DNA of 64,000 bases from Spirochaetaceae bacterium (GTDB taxonomy: Bacteria > Spirochaetota > Spirochaetia > DSM-2461). Position numbers and translations under genes: made by a program. Numbering within the stretch: the stretch's first letter is position 1; each line of letters opens with the position of its first letter. The notes under the pieces were generated by a model that was not told the DNA's origin, ran no database searches, and saw only the letters and a list, made by a program, of their open reading frames with translations. Shown in pieces: positions 20,076-30,038 of this stretch. The stretch covers positions 704,001 to 768,000 of the forward strand of contig OZ245056.1 of the NCBI GenBank assembly GCA_965224705.1, given 5' to 3'.

Positions 20076-20339
20076 TTATCCCAGTGATGCCAGACGTTTA
20101 TACATTCTAGACTTCTTTCTTGCCGAGGTATTCGGGTGGTACAATCCCTTCCGAGCAGCTGTATCTATCAACTTCACAAAATCTCTATACTTGATTTCTG
20201 CCCCTGCCCTGTCCTTCTTCTCAACAACTGACTCAAAACTTTTAACACTGGTTCTGACCTGACTGCGAACTGATCGATTACGAGCTCGTATTTTGAGACT
20301 CTGTCTACACCTTTTGGCAGCACCTTTAGTATCAGGCAT
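20076..20339 (-). CDS. rpsT: 30S ribosomal protein S20
   Basis: KRCRQS...RNRSVRSQVRT...IDTAARKGLYHPNTSARKKSR. Confidence 0.97.
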   Translation of the reverse strand: MPDTKGAAKRCRQSLKIRARNRSVRSQVRTSVKSFESVVEKKDRAGAEIKYRDFVKLIDTAARKGLYHPNTSARKKSRMYKRLASLG

Positions 20340-20403
20340 TTTCTACTCCCGTTGTCGGGGCAATGTCAATCCCCTTATTATCATTTGAATTCTCTTAAAT
20401 CAC

Positions 20404-20574
20404 CTAATCGAAGTCTCGGGGTCGTCGTTCTTCCCGCTTACACTTCTCACAACTTGCAAAATGCTTCATCCGGCCATTTGTAAAAACAAACCGCATTTTC
20501 ACCTCACCGCCACAAGGACAGACAAATTTTTGAGTTCCTATAGCAACACGTGCGTTTTTATTGGCTCCTGCCAT
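20404..20574 (-). CDS. 56-aa basic Zn-ribbon-like protein (absent from the ORF track)
   Basis: AAGGAG RBS; MAGANKNARVAIGTQKFVCPCGGEVKMRFVFTNGRMKHFASCEKCKREERRPRDFD; upstream TTGACA-18-TAGTAT promoter-like motif. Confidence 0.8.
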   Translation of the reverse strand: MAGANKNARVAIGTQKFVCPCGGEVKMRFVFTNGRMKHFASCEKCKREERRPRDFD

Positions 20575-20686
20575 GGAATACTCCTTGAATCTTCAATTGA
20601 CTACAAAAGATACTATCAAGAGTGTCAGAAACATGTCAACAAGAGTTATTCACTCTAACCTGTTTTCCCCAAGTTTTTCTGTGTTC

Positions 20687-21436
20687 TCAAAGCTGTTTTG
20701 AGGAAGGATTCTTCCGTCCGTTTTCATTATAACTGTCCTTTTCAAATGCCAGACAACACAGCAAACGTCCACATGCTCCTGATATTTTGTGAGAATTAAG
20801 TGAAAGATGCTGTTCCTTCGCCATTTTAATCGTAACGGGACCCAGACGGTCGGTTACCCCATGGCAGCAGCAAATCCGCCCACAAACGGCCAATCCGCCG
20901 ATAACACGAGAACTATCCCGGATACCAATCTGCCTGAGCTCTATTCGCATTTTGAAAAGATTAGCAAGTTCCTGAACTAATTCTCTGAAATCAATTCGAT
21001 TCTCTGCATTGAAGAAAAAAACAATTCTCTGTTCGTTCAAAACAAAATGGGCTGCAATGAGTTTCATAGGCAGACCAAATCGAGTGATACGTTCCTGGCA
21101 GATTTCATACGCATTCTCTTCTTCAACAGCTAGTTTTTCTCTTCGGGAAAAATCCTGATCATTGGCCAGACGCTCAATTTTACGTATTGGCTTCATGGAA
21201 GCATCTTCAGTATTGGTGATGGGACCGAGGATCCGTGCTAAATCAATGCCATAGCGGGTATTGGCAATAACGAAGTCTCCACGGGAAAGAACAATATCTT
21301 TCGGTGCGGCACAGTACTCAAACTCATTGATGGATACGACTCGCATACGCCAGAGATCTTCAGGGATCGTCTTAATGCCTGGATCAGAGTTATGATCAGG
21401 CCGATGCCTATCATCTGAATACATGTGTTTTCTCAT
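20687..21436 (-). CDS. PSP1/RicT (YaaT)-family protein
   Basis: RIDFRELV..LA..FKMRIELRQIG, GGLAVCGRICCC and KISGACGRLLCCLAFE motifs. Confidence 0.92.
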   Translation of the reverse strand: MRKHMYSDDRHRPDHNSDPGIKTIPEDLWRMRVVSINEFEYCAAPKDIVLSRGDFVIANTRYGIDLARILGPITNTEDASMKPIRKIERLANDQDFSRREKLAVEEENAYEICQERITRFGLPMKLIAAHFVLNEQRIVFFFNAENRIDFRELVQELANLFKMRIELRQIGIRDSSRVIGGLAVCGRICCCHGVTDRLGPVTIKMAKEQHLSLNSHKISGACGRLLCCLAFEKDSYNENGRKNPSSKQL

Positions 21437-21451
21437 TCAGTCATCAATTCC

Positions 21452-21964
21452 TCAACCTGCAAGATCAACAATGAGTCCATGAATCTCATTTATTCTTCTC
21501 AATATCTCCAATTGATCGGCTTGATTACTGAGAACATGTTTTGCAAGGTTTTCCAGTTTGTTATCTATAATCCTGATTACAACATACTTTTTTTGCTGCA
21601 ATGTTGTGGGGTTCCGTATTCCAACTGTATCTTCAACTTCAATACTTTGATCAAGAATGTACCGGAGAAAGCTTCGAATTGACCTTTTATATTCCTTTAA
21701 GGGCCCCATAACTGAATCCCTCAGCAGTGCCTCACCTGTTTCATGAATCTCGTCCAGTAATCCTTCCAGAGTTTCAGTTCCATCCAGCTCCGGAAGGTTT
21801 ATGCCCGTCGCTTCAATAGAACCTGTACTCGCCTCCGATACTCTGTGCAGTGTACTCCTGAAACTTGATGCTGATTTCCTTCCTGGTTTTACCCCTTTAC
21901 GTTTTTTCCTTCCTTCCAGAGACTCAAGATTTCTTCCAATTTGATTCAGTCTCTCAATATCCAT
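21452..21964 (-). CDS. YaaR/DUF327-family protein
   Basis: LLDEIHETGEAL...YKRSIRSFL...IDNKLENLA...EIHGLIVDL; GGAGG RBS. Confidence 0.88.
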   Translation of the reverse strand: MDIERLNQIGRNLESLEGRKKRKGVKPGRKSASSFRSTLHRVSEASTGSIEATGINLPELDGTETLEGLLDEIHETGEALLRDSVMGPLKEYKRSIRSFLRYILDQSIEVEDTVGIRNPTTLQQKKYVVIRIIDNKLENLAKHVLSNQADQLEILRRINEIHGLIVDLAG

Positions 21965-21987
21965 AAACCTCCTCCCAGGAAAGAATT

Positions 21988-22425
21988 CTAAGACATGGCT
22001 GAAGTATGGGTAATCCTATCCTCCCAATCAATAGAAAAAAGTTTAGAATCGTCATTCTTTGCCGTCGCTATAATGCTCTCATCCTCAGAGATTGTGCAAT
22101 GGCCATGCAGGATCACACCATCCTCAATTATGATGCTGGGTGATTGGATATTTCCTATAACGATACTTGTGGATAACAGGACGATTTTTGATTTAGCGCC
22201 AAGATTTCCTTTGACTATACCTCCAACCACAATCATATCGGCTTCGATAAGGCACATGGCTCTACCGGACTTTCCGACAAGAACCCGGCCATCAGTTCTG
22301 ATCTTTCCTTCAAAATCACCATCAATCCGAAGAAGCCCCTGAAGATCCAGGTCTCCCCGGAAATGAGAACCCTCACCGATAATGGAATTGATAAGAATCT
22401 GATCTCTTCCCGAATTCCTCATCAC
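21988..22425 (-). CDS. Bactofilin
   Basis: NSIIGEGSHFRGDL..GLLRIDGDFEG...GGIVKGN; adjacent to an M23 peptidase. Confidence 0.92.
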   Translation of the reverse strand: MMRNSGRDQILINSIIGEGSHFRGDLDLQGLLRIDGDFEGKIRTDGRVLVGKSGRAMCLIEADMIVVGGIVKGNLGAKSKIVLLSTSIVIGNIQSPSIIIEDGVILHGHCTISEDESIIATAKNDDSKLFSIDWEDRITHTSAMS

Positions 22426-22432
22426 TCATTAC

Positions 22433-23389
22433 CTATCGGTGACGCTTAAGATTCGTCGATAAATCGCCTAAACTCTCATCGGAATTCGACATGTGGAGAA
22501 ATTTAATGGGGTCAACCAGTTGAGTACCAATCATAACTTCATAGTGCAGATGAGGACCCGTTGATCTCCCGGAATTTCCCATTGTTCCGATGATTTCCCC
22601 CTGAGTAATCCTTTGACCAACCTCAACCATCTGCCTCTGCAAATGAGCAAATCGTGTTTTAAAGCCATACTTGTGCTGAATATCAATGTAATACCCAAAT
22701 CCGTGAGCATCATAATCCTTCTTTACAACTTTTCCATCAGCCGTAGCAATTATGGGAACCCCATAGCCAAAGGCTAAATCAAGTCCTCGATGAAGGTACC
22801 AATGGTGTCCAAAAGGATTGATGGAAGGACCGAATATCTGCGTAACCCAGCCCCGGACATCCTTGAGCGGCCAGATTGTAGGTATGTCGGATAAAAGCTC
22901 TTTCTGCCTGGAAAGCACCATGCCTATATTTCCAAGATCATCGGCTGATTGCTCCAGGGCAGTACGCAAATCCTGTAAATCACCCACTTCCACCATGGTA
23001 CTTCCATCCGTTTGTTCTATGGCAAAGAGCGATGCTAAATCTCCTCCGCTTCCGGCTGCCGCAGGATCGGCAGTTGTTTCATCAATATCAAGAATGTCTA
23101 TTGTCTGACTTAAGTTCTTCCGGAATTTATCCGCCGAAGCAATTAAATAGCCTACTTCATCCCGTATGATATCCAGACTTGCTTCGGTTACCGCCAAATC
23201 TCTGGAACGGGTAGCGATAAGAGTCTCCCTGCCGGAAAAATCCAGGGAGAACCAGAAAAAACCAGCCATAAACCCGAAGAAAACTACTCCGCAAAAGAAT
23301 AGAATCGGCAGGCTTATCTGGATATGCAGAGGTTTTTTCTCAGAATGCGGTACGAGTATAATGGTGAATTTCTGACGGAGGAATTTCAT
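22433..23389 (-). CDS. M23-family metallopeptidase (membrane-anchored)
   Basis: HRGLD, FAHL and GRSTGPHLHYEV motifs plus one TM helix. The true start may lie upstream (see findings). Confidence 0.93.
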   Translation of the reverse strand: MKFLRQKFTIILVPHSEKKPLHIQISLPILFFCGVVFFGFMAGFFWFSLDFSGRETLIATRSRDLAVTEASLDIIRDEVGYLIASADKFRKNLSQTIDILDIDETTADPAAAGSGGDLASLFAIEQTDGSTMVEVGDLQDLRTALEQSADDLGNIGMVLSRQKELLSDIPTIWPLKDVRGWVTQIFGPSINPFGHHWYLHRGLDLAFGYGVPIIATADGKVVKKDYDAHGFGYYIDIQHKYGFKTRFAHLQRQMVEVGQRITQGEIIGTMGNSGRSTGPHLHYEVMIGTQLVDPIKFLHMSNSDESLGDLSTNLKRHR

Positions 23390-23613
23390 TAAGCTACCAA
23401 AAAACCAACATATCCTGGATGTTTTTCATGAGTCTTTACTATTTTACCAGATTTCGTTCCGGGCACACAATCTCCTGATTTCTACCAGACTATCACTATT
23501 CCTGTCAAACAGCAAGAGTTTAATTCAACGTTTTTATATTGACAAATACTGTCATCCAGGATTACATTCATTTAAGTATTCTCAACAAGAACCCCATGCA
23601 AGCGAGTAAACTC

Positions 23614-24399
23614 ATGCGATATTTTGACACCCATGCCCACATTGGTTTGATTCATGAAGACCCAATTGAGCAATTAATAATAATACAGGAAGCCAAGCAG
23701 GCAAATGTTAAACGAATTGTCAGTATAACAAACAACCTGAATGATTTCTTTGAAGTACACCAGAATCTGGTTACATCAACTAATACTGTTTTCAGTATCG
23801 GTGTTTCTCCATCTGAAGTTCAACATCCAGGTATTGATTGGCAGAGAAAAATAGCGGATGGTGTCAGAAAAGACAGAATCGTTGCCATCGGTGAAACCGG
23901 ATTGGACTATTTTCGAAAGTTCGGCAGTAAGAGTGCACAGGTGGAGTTGTTCATCGCCCAACTTGAGCTGGCTGAAAACTACGATCTCCCTGTTATAATT
24001 CACAATCGCAATGCCGGTCATGACATCAAAGAGATACTCAAATCGAAATTACCTTCTAAAGGCGGAGTTCTACATTGCTTCTCAGAAGACTTCGAATTTG
24101 CCGAAGGCATGGTGAAGGCCCATGAAAACCTGTATTTCTCATTCGCCGGGAATCTCACATATAGAAATGCACGCAACCTCCATGAAACCGTCAGAAAACT
24201 CCCCCTGGATCGAATTGTTATAGAAAGCGAGAGTCCATTCATGGTACCGGCTGATTACCGTGGAAAGCGTAACAGACCAGCTTACCTGCCTTCCACTGCA
24301 GCTTTTATTGCAGAATTGAGAGGAGAAGACGAAGAAGAGGTCTCTGAGAGTTTGTGGCTGAATTCATGTAAACTTTTCAGCATTGAACCGGAGTCATGA
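23614..24399 (+). CDS. tatD: TatD-family deoxyribonuclease
   Basis: FDTHAH, AIGETGLDY, PVIIHNR and GVLHCFS motifs. Confidence 0.93.
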   Translation: MRYFDTHAHIGLIHEDPIEQLIIIQEAKQANVKRIVSITNNLNDFFEVHQNLVTSTNTVFSIGVSPSEVQHPGIDWQRKIADGVRKDRIVAIGETGLDYFRKFGSKSAQVELFIAQLELAENYDLPVIIHNRNAGHDIKEILKSKLPSKGGVLHCFSEDFEFAEGMVKAHENLYFSFAGNLTYRNARNLHETVRKLPLDRIVIESESPFMVPADYRGKRNRPAYLPSTAAFIAELRGEDEEEVSESLWLNSCKLFSIEPES

Positions 24400-24403
24400 A
24401 CTG

Positions 24404-24581
24404 AGTGTCAGAAAGCTTGTTAATTCGGTAAAAACCCATGTAAAGCTCATTACAGCATAGTAAGAAAACAATTTATACGGAGATTGACAATGCTATTCCC
24501 TCACTGCTCCAGCCCGAAATCCATCAATTGAAATTGGAATCCTAACCGGGTTAAAGGGAGTTTTACAGGCTTTCTGACACT
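24404..24581. repeat. Family B MITE-like element
   Basis: Terminal inverted repeat AGTGTCAGAAAGCTTG...CAGGCTTTCTGACACT; intergenic. Confidence 0.75.
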
Positions 24582-24689
24582 GGTTTTTTCGTATGAATTC
24601 AGATTTTTATACTTGACTCCAATCATGAAGGAATGATATAAGAAATGCTGCATCAAGCAGTATGATATTTCAGATACAGGGATCAGCAC

Positions 24690-25007
24690 ATGTATGCTTT
24701 AGTAGAAATAAAGGGTAAACAATACAAAGTAGAAGAAAATAGGCGAATCAAAGTAGATCGGCTTGAAGAAAAGACTGGAACAACGATTGAGTTTGACAGG
24801 GTACTGATGCTCTCGGAGGACAGGGGGCCGAAGTTTGGACAGCCCTATGTCACGGGAGCGAAAGTTACTGCAACTGTCGGTACGGCGGTTAAGGAACCAA
24901 AGATCAAAGTTGTTAAGTTTAAACGGCGTAAGGGTTATCACCGGACTCAAGGTCACAGACAGCAGTATACCATGCTGCAGGTGAATAAAATCAGCCGACA
25001 GGAGTAG
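24690..25007 (+). CDS. rplU: 50S ribosomal protein L21
   Basis: MYALVEIKGKQYKV...KFKRRKGYHRTQGHRQQYT. Confidence 0.99.
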   Translation: MYALVEIKGKQYKVEENRRIKVDRLEEKTGTTIEFDRVLMLSEDRGPKFGQPYVTGAKVTATVGTAVKEPKIKVVKFKRRKGYHRTQGHRQQYTMLQVNKISRQE

Positions 25008-25009
25008 AC

Positions 25010-25354
25010 TTGGTTGATATTGCCGTAGTCCTGAATGAAGCTGGTACATTGTCCCGCCTGAACATTAAAGGACATGTGGCAGGTGCCCCGAAGGGGAAAA
25101 ACCTTGCCTGTGCAGCAGTCAGCCTCATGGTCCGGTCTGTAGCTCGTTTAGTAACAGCTCAACCGGGGTGGAAAGTCAATGGTGATGCACCGGAACCAGG
25201 GATCCTTTCCCTGGCGATACAATGGCATCCCAAAGACATGACAGAGTGGCTCAAAGGTGTAACTGATACACTGCTTCGAGCTCTGGCCGACATTGATGAA
25301 GAGTATCCTTCAGCCCTGTCGCTCAGCATAGAGGAGAAAAATAATGGCTCATAA
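25010..25354 (+). CDS. prp: Ribosomal-processing cysteine protease Prp (YsxB/DUF464)
   Basis: GH...ACAAVS His/Cys motif; located between rplU and rpmA. Confidence 0.85.
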   Translation: MVDIAVVLNEAGTLSRLNIKGHVAGAPKGKNLACAAVSLMVRSVARLVTAQPGWKVNGDAPEPGILSLAIQWHPKDMTEWLKGVTDTLLRALADIDEEYPSALSLSIEEKNNGS

Positions 25355-25595
25355 AAAAGGGGGGGGGTCCTCCCGGAATGGCAGGGATTCCAATGCCAAG
25401 AGGCTTGGTGTCAAACGTTTTGGCGGAGAGGTGGTGAAAGCCGGTACCATCCTTATCCGTCAACGCGGCACAAAGATTCATCCGGGAGAAAATGTCGGAT
25501 GTGGTAAGGATTTCACGTTATTCGCAAAAATATCCGGTACTGTTCTTTACCACTTTGGAAAAGGTAAGAAACGGGTTTCCATCATTACTCCGTGA
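25344..25595 (+). CDS. rpmA: 50S ribosomal protein L27
   Basis: [24 protein letters not shown]. Confidence 0.99.
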   Translation: MAHKKGGGSSRNGRDSNAKRLGVKRFGGEVVKAGTILIRQRGTKIHPGENVGCGKDFTLFAKISGTVLYHFGKGKKRVSIITP

Positions 25596-25604
25596 TTCAT
25601 TTTT

Positions 25605-26582
25605 ATGTCTTCATTCGTCGATGAGGTTCAATTTACTGTTCTCTCGGGCGATGGTGGTTCTGGGAGTACATCCTTTCGCCGTGAGAAATATGTCCCGCGC
25701 GGCGGACCCGATGGCGGGGACGGAGGAAGGGGTGGAGATGTCATATTCGTCACACAATGCAATCTCTCCACACTTTCCCATTTACGAGGAAGAACCGTAT
25801 TAAAAGCCAGGCGGGGAGATAATGGCCGCAGTCGTCGGATGCATGGCAGGAATGGAGATGATGTTCTGATCAAAATACCGCCTGGAACACGTATCATCGA
25901 TGCTGTAACGGGTGAGCATCTTCACGATTTTTCCTCAAAGATGGCAGGAGAACAGTGGATCTGCCTCCAGGGGGGACAGGGAGGACGGGGTAACTGGCAT
26001 TTCAAGAGTTCCCGCAATCAAAGCCCGAGTTATGCTCAAGACGGCCGCCCTGGAGATTCAAGAAAACTGGCCCTGGAACTGGCCCTTATTGCCGATGTGG
26101 GTCTTGTGGGACTTCCAAATTCCGGTAAGTCATCTCTGATCAACGCTGTAACAGCTGCCAGATCAAAAGTGGGCGCATATCCCTTTACAACAAGGATTCC
26201 TCACCTTGGCGTACTTGGGCGCGGCAGCAGAGAAATTGTCATTGCCGATATACCTGGTCTCATAAAAGGGGCATCTGAAGGTATTGGCCTGGGCTTTCAG
26301 TTCCTCCGCCATGTCAGCCGAACTGAATCCCTGGCATTTCTCACTGACCTGGGAGAGCCGGATCCTGCTGCGGCAATTCATTCTCTAATAGAAGAGATTG
26401 AATCATACGATTCTACAATGATGTCAAAAAAACGAATCATAGTCGGAACAAAAACAGACCTGGATGGAGATGGAAAGAAGTTCGCAGCCCTGAAAAACAG
26501 CTTTTCCAACGACACTGTATTCGGTATCTCAGTTTATTCAAGGGATGGTCTGGACATTCTTGTGGATGCTTTACTGAAGTGA
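25605..26582 (+). CDS. obgE: GTPase ObgE
   Basis: FRREKYVPRGGPDGGDGG, GLPNSGKS, YPFTT and DIPG motifs. Confidence 0.98.
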   Translation: MSSFVDEVQFTVLSGDGGSGSTSFRREKYVPRGGPDGGDGGRGGDVIFVTQCNLSTLSHLRGRTVLKARRGDNGRSRRMHGRNGDDVLIKIPPGTRIIDAVTGEHLHDFSSKMAGEQWICLQGGQGGRGNWHFKSSRNQSPSYAQDGRPGDSRKLALELALIADVGLVGLPNSGKSSLINAVTAARSKVGAYPFTTRIPHLGVLGRGSREIVIADIPGLIKGASEGIGLGFQFLRHVSRTESLAFLTDLGEPDPAAAIHSLIEEIESYDSTMMSKKRIIVGTKTDLDGDGKKFAALKNSFSNDTVFGISVYSRDGLDILVDALLK

Positions 26583-27175
26583 AGACCGCAATTTTCGGAG
26601 GTTCATTCAATCCCGTTCATTGCGGGCATATTGCCCTTGCCCATGAAGCTGTGAAAATCGGCTATCAAAGGATAATATTTGTTCCGGCAAACAGATCGCC
26701 GTTTAAAACGACTGATAGTGGAATGAATCTTTCTGCTGAGCACAGATTGAAAATACTCAGACTCACCCTCGAGGGAATTCCATGGGCAATGATATGGGAA
26801 GGAGAACTGAATCGACCAGGGCCATCATACAGTATTGATTCTCTTAGAGAGCTGCAGAGAATTGGTCTTGTATCGGAGAAACCCGGATTCATTATCGGTG
26901 ACGATCTGGTAAAGAAATTCCCGCTGTGGAAGGATGCTGCTTCCCTGGCTGAATCAACTGAACTTCTGCTGGGACGGAGGATACAGGAAGGGAATACCCA
27001 TGTTTTCCCCTACCCTCACAGGGAAATCAATAATGCGCTATGGCCATTGTCATCCACTCAGGTGAGACAACTCATCGCCAGAGGAAAAGCGGTCGATTCA
27101 TTACTTCCCAGAACGGTTATTGAATACATCAACAAAAAGAATCTTTATGGCACTCCCCGGGAATACAGCAGCTAG
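26579..27175 (+). CDS. nadD: Nicotinate-nucleotide adenylyltransferase
   Basis: FGGSFNPVHCGH, SYSIDSL, IIGDD and SSTQVR motifs. Confidence 0.95.
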   Translation: MKTAIFGGSFNPVHCGHIALAHEAVKIGYQRIIFVPANRSPFKTTDSGMNLSAEHRLKILRLTLEGIPWAMIWEGELNRPGPSYSIDSLRELQRIGLVSEKPGFIIGDDLVKKFPLWKDAASLAESTELLLGRRIQEGNTHVFPYPHREINNALWPLSSTQVRQLIARGKAVDSLLPRTVIEYINKKNLYGTPREYSS

Positions 27176-28340
27176 AAGTCACCATAACTCCCTCTGGTAC
27201 ATCACTCTCATCATGATACTTATTGCCGCACTGGTTGTCTGGGCAATAATTGCGCTCAGAATTGATGTATTCACGGAGGCTTTGAAACGGGATGAACCGA
27301 TTACATTTTTAATCACTATTGATGATGGAAGTAAACCGCTACTAACCGAAGTATTGATTTTCAACCCTCACAGTCTCAACGGCGCTCTCATTGCCCTGCC
27401 AAAGGAAACCGGGATGCTGCTTTCGGCTATCGATAAAGTTGGCCGATTGGAGTTGATATATGATCCAGACAATATTGCCCCATACACACAGGCTGTCAGC
27501 GAGCTGTTAAACAGACCTGTCGACTTCACCATTCGCTTTCATCTGAATGATTTTGAACATTTTGTGGACTATCTTGGCGGTCTGAATCTGTTTACCCCAA
27601 AAGCTGTTGATGCTGTGGTGGATGGAAAACGTTATTTATTTCCTCCTGGAGGAGTAAAATTTGACGGCGCAAAGGCCCGTTCCTATGTGGAATATCTACC
27701 ATCCGATGAGCACATTGATGAGCGCACCGACCGTGAACATCGAATCATTCAGTCACTTCTTCGAGGTATTGGTGAGAACGTCCATCAATTGCTGCATGAT
27801 TCGGTCTTTCCATTCATTCTTCCATTAATTCACGTTGATTTTGAACAGCAGGGGCTGAAATCTTTTTTCAGAACGATTTCCGAAATCTACACTGACAGAC
27901 TTGTATTTCAGGGAATACTGGGTAACAAGAGAATTCTTGAAGATACAACGATCCTGTTCCCATACTATGATGGGAAGCTCATCAAGGAAACTGTTAAGCG
28001 TATAACAGATACCCTTGCCCGGGATGACAATTTCGGCGAAGACTTACTCACAGTGCGAGTTGAGATTCAAAATGGAACAACGGTTAATGGCCTGGCCTCT
28101 CGAACAGCCCAGGTATTTGAAAGCTATGGGTTCAGAGCCGTATCAGTGACCAATGCGGACAGAGATGATTATGAACGGACCATTGTTCTGGATCGGCGCG
28201 GGAACCCTGAAGCCGCGCAACGGGTTGCAGAGCTCATTCGGTGCGAACTAATCTATTCCAGAGTGGAAGAAAACCGGGATGAAACTGTCGATGTTACCCT
28301 TATCCTCGGCAAGGACTTCCGGGGACGCTATGTAGAATAA
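27147..28340 (+). CDS. LCP (LytR-CpsA-Psr) family protein with a LytR_C domain
   Basis: N-terminal TM helix; FVDYLGG; VEIQNGTTVNGLA...NAD...DVTLILGKDF. Confidence 0.85.
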   Translation: MALPGNTAARSHHNSLWYITLIMILIAALVVWAIIALRIDVFTEALKRDEPITFLITIDDGSKPLLTEVLIFNPHSLNGALIALPKETGMLLSAIDKVGRLELIYDPDNIAPYTQAVSELLNRPVDFTIRFHLNDFEHFVDYLGGLNLFTPKAVDAVVDGKRYLFPPGGVKFDGAKARSYVEYLPSDEHIDERTDREHRIIQSLLRGIGENVHQLLHDSVFPFILPLIHVDFEQQGLKSFFRTISEIYTDRLVFQGILGNKRILEDTTILFPYYDGKLIKETVKRITDTLARDDNFGEDLLTVRVEIQNGTTVNGLASRTAQVFESYGFRAVSVTNADRDDYERTIVLDRRGNPEAAQRVAELIRCELIYSRVEENRDETVDVTLILGKDFRGRYVE

Positions 28341-28364
28341 CTACTCAGGACAGAAGAATCTCCA

Positions 28365-28580
28365 TCAGTTATCAATTCTGTCATAGTCAGCCATTTCTTC
28401 TTCTGAAACATCATTCTTCTTCTGAGGAATTGAGTCGTTCAGAACATTGTCCCAGTTGTCTTCATCTTCTTCTAACTCATCTGAAGGTAACCCGTTAATC
28501 CCATCATCGTACTCAAAATCATTGTTCAAATCATAGGGATCAACACTGTCATCGAATGCATCATTCTCATCGATATCCAT
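28365..28580 (-). CDS. Small, highly acidic hypothetical protein
   Basis: 71 aa, about 40% Asp+Glu, GGAG RBS. Confidence 0.7.
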   Translation of the reverse strand: MDIDENDAFDDSVDPYDLNNDFEYDDGINGLPSDELEEDEDNWDNVLNDSIPQKKNDVSEEEMADYDRIDN

Positions 28581-28724
28581 TTGAACTCCAGAAATAAGTA
28601 GTTCTATACGATAGAAGCCAGGATGTATATGGTCAATCCCTCGAAACTCATATAACTCTGAGAGACACTGTTATTCAGTGGCCTTGTTTTCCTCCGGTTT
28701 CGCTCCCACGGACAGGCTCCCATT

Positions 28725-30038
28725 TCACAGAAGATTCTTAACCAATATCCGGGAATTCCGTTCCGTATCATACACAGCCAGTTTTTCCGGTGGAAGATCA
28801 TCCATCGATGCCTCTCTGAAACCAAGAGTCAGAAACCAGTCCGCCGTGCGGGTTGTCAGTACAAACAGACAGGTGATTCCCTCTTCAACAGCCTGCTCTG
28901 TAAGGTGTGATATCAGTCTGGAACCAATTCCAAGCTGCGCGTAATGCGGATCGACAGCGACAGCGGCAATCTCGGCACAGTTGCCGCCCCGAGGATGAAG
29001 GGCCGCGCATCCGTGAACAACACCATCCATGGCATACACCCAGTAATCATCCCTCAACTTCTCCAGATCTTCCCGGGTTCGTTCCACAAGTACCCCCTGG
29101 CTTACCAGGGGGCCTATAATGTCAAGAACCCCGGGGACATCTGCCCGTGTCATTTTTCTTATACGTTCGTAATCGCTGGCAAAAACCATGGTTCCCGCAC
29201 CCAGATTAGAGAATATCTCCTTGAGAAGAACTCCGGGTTGTCGGCCGTCGAGAATATGGATTCTATCAACCCCGGCTTCACTTGCTTCAATTGCACTTTT
29301 AAGTACAGCCTGATCTGGGCAGTCTGGATTCAGGGAAAGGATTTCCCTCAGGGAGGAAGGGGTTACTCTAAAAATCCGTCCATCATCAAGGACTTTGAAG
29401 TTGACCGGAACCTTCCAGTCTGGTGTTCGCATTATGGGTTGAGTTCCAAGATGGAATATTTTCTTTGCGTGCAATGCGGCAGCGACTGACACGGTGAGTT
29501 CTTCGGATGAAAGATTGAACGGAGTTCCGATATCATTGTGCCCCACACAGGGGAATATTGCAACTGCTCCCTGATTAAGAGTCCGAACAACGGCCTCTAT
29601 TCGAACCTGATCAACTGTTCCTGTTCGAAGGTAGTCGATTCCATCGATTACGCCCATGGATCTTGACCTGATCCAATTTCCGGTCACAGCCGTAATTCCA
29701 TGTCCTGACAAAGCGGTCATTATCCGATGCGCCATGTCGAAGGCGGCCATTTTTATCAGATCGATGGAATCCGGATCACTGACCCTTATGCCGTTTTCAA
29801 AACGTTGTTTCACGCCGTAACGATTGAGGACCTCATCAATTCGATTTCGGGCATCAGGAATTATGACGATATGAATTCCAGCCTTATGGAGAAGGGCTAA
29901 ATCCCCGGCATGCTGAGGGAAGTCGGGATGATCAAAAATCTCGTTTGCAATCTTGATTATAAAAGTTGACCCCCGGAATCGCTCCGTATAGGTGAAAACT
30001 TCCCGAATCAAATCAACTTCTTCCCGGATATCAGGCAT
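28725..30038 (-). CDS. argA: Amino-acid N-acetyltransferase (N-acetylglutamate synthase)
   Basis: AAK domain (Y..RFRGSTFIIK, RIHILDG..GVLLKEIFSNLGAGTM) plus GNAT domain (FVLTTRTADWF...RNSRIL). Confidence 0.93.
   Translation of the reverse strand: MPDIREEVDLIREVFTYTERFRGSTFIIKIANEIFDHPDFPQHAGDLALLHKAGIHIVIIPDARNRIDEVLNRYGVKQRFENGIRVSDPDSIDLIKMAAFDMAHRIMTALSGHGITAVTGNWIRSRSMGVIDGIDYLRTGTVDQVRIEAVVRTLNQGAVAIFPCVGHNDIGTPFNLSSEELTVSVAAALHAKKIFHLGTQPIMRTPDWKVPVNFKVLDDGRIFRVTPSSLREILSLNPDCPDQAVLKSAIEASEAGVDRIHILDGRQPGVLLKEIFSNLGAGTMVFASDYERIRKMTRADVPGVLDIIGPLVSQGVLVERTREDLEKLRDDYWVYAMDGVVHGCAALHPRGGNCAEIAAVAVDPHYAQLGIGSRLISHLTEQAVEEGITCLFVLTTRTADWFLTLGFREASMDDLPPEKLAVYDTERNSRILVKNLL

Noticed and set aside
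20621..20640. AGTGTCAGAAAC as another family B end
   Set aside because: Only about 11 bp match, there is no partner end, and it forms the spacer of a plausible promoter for the 56-aa ORF.
25353..25367. A6G9 homopolymer in rpmA as a phase-variation tract
   Set aside because: It encodes the conserved KKGGG in frame in a core ribosomal gene.
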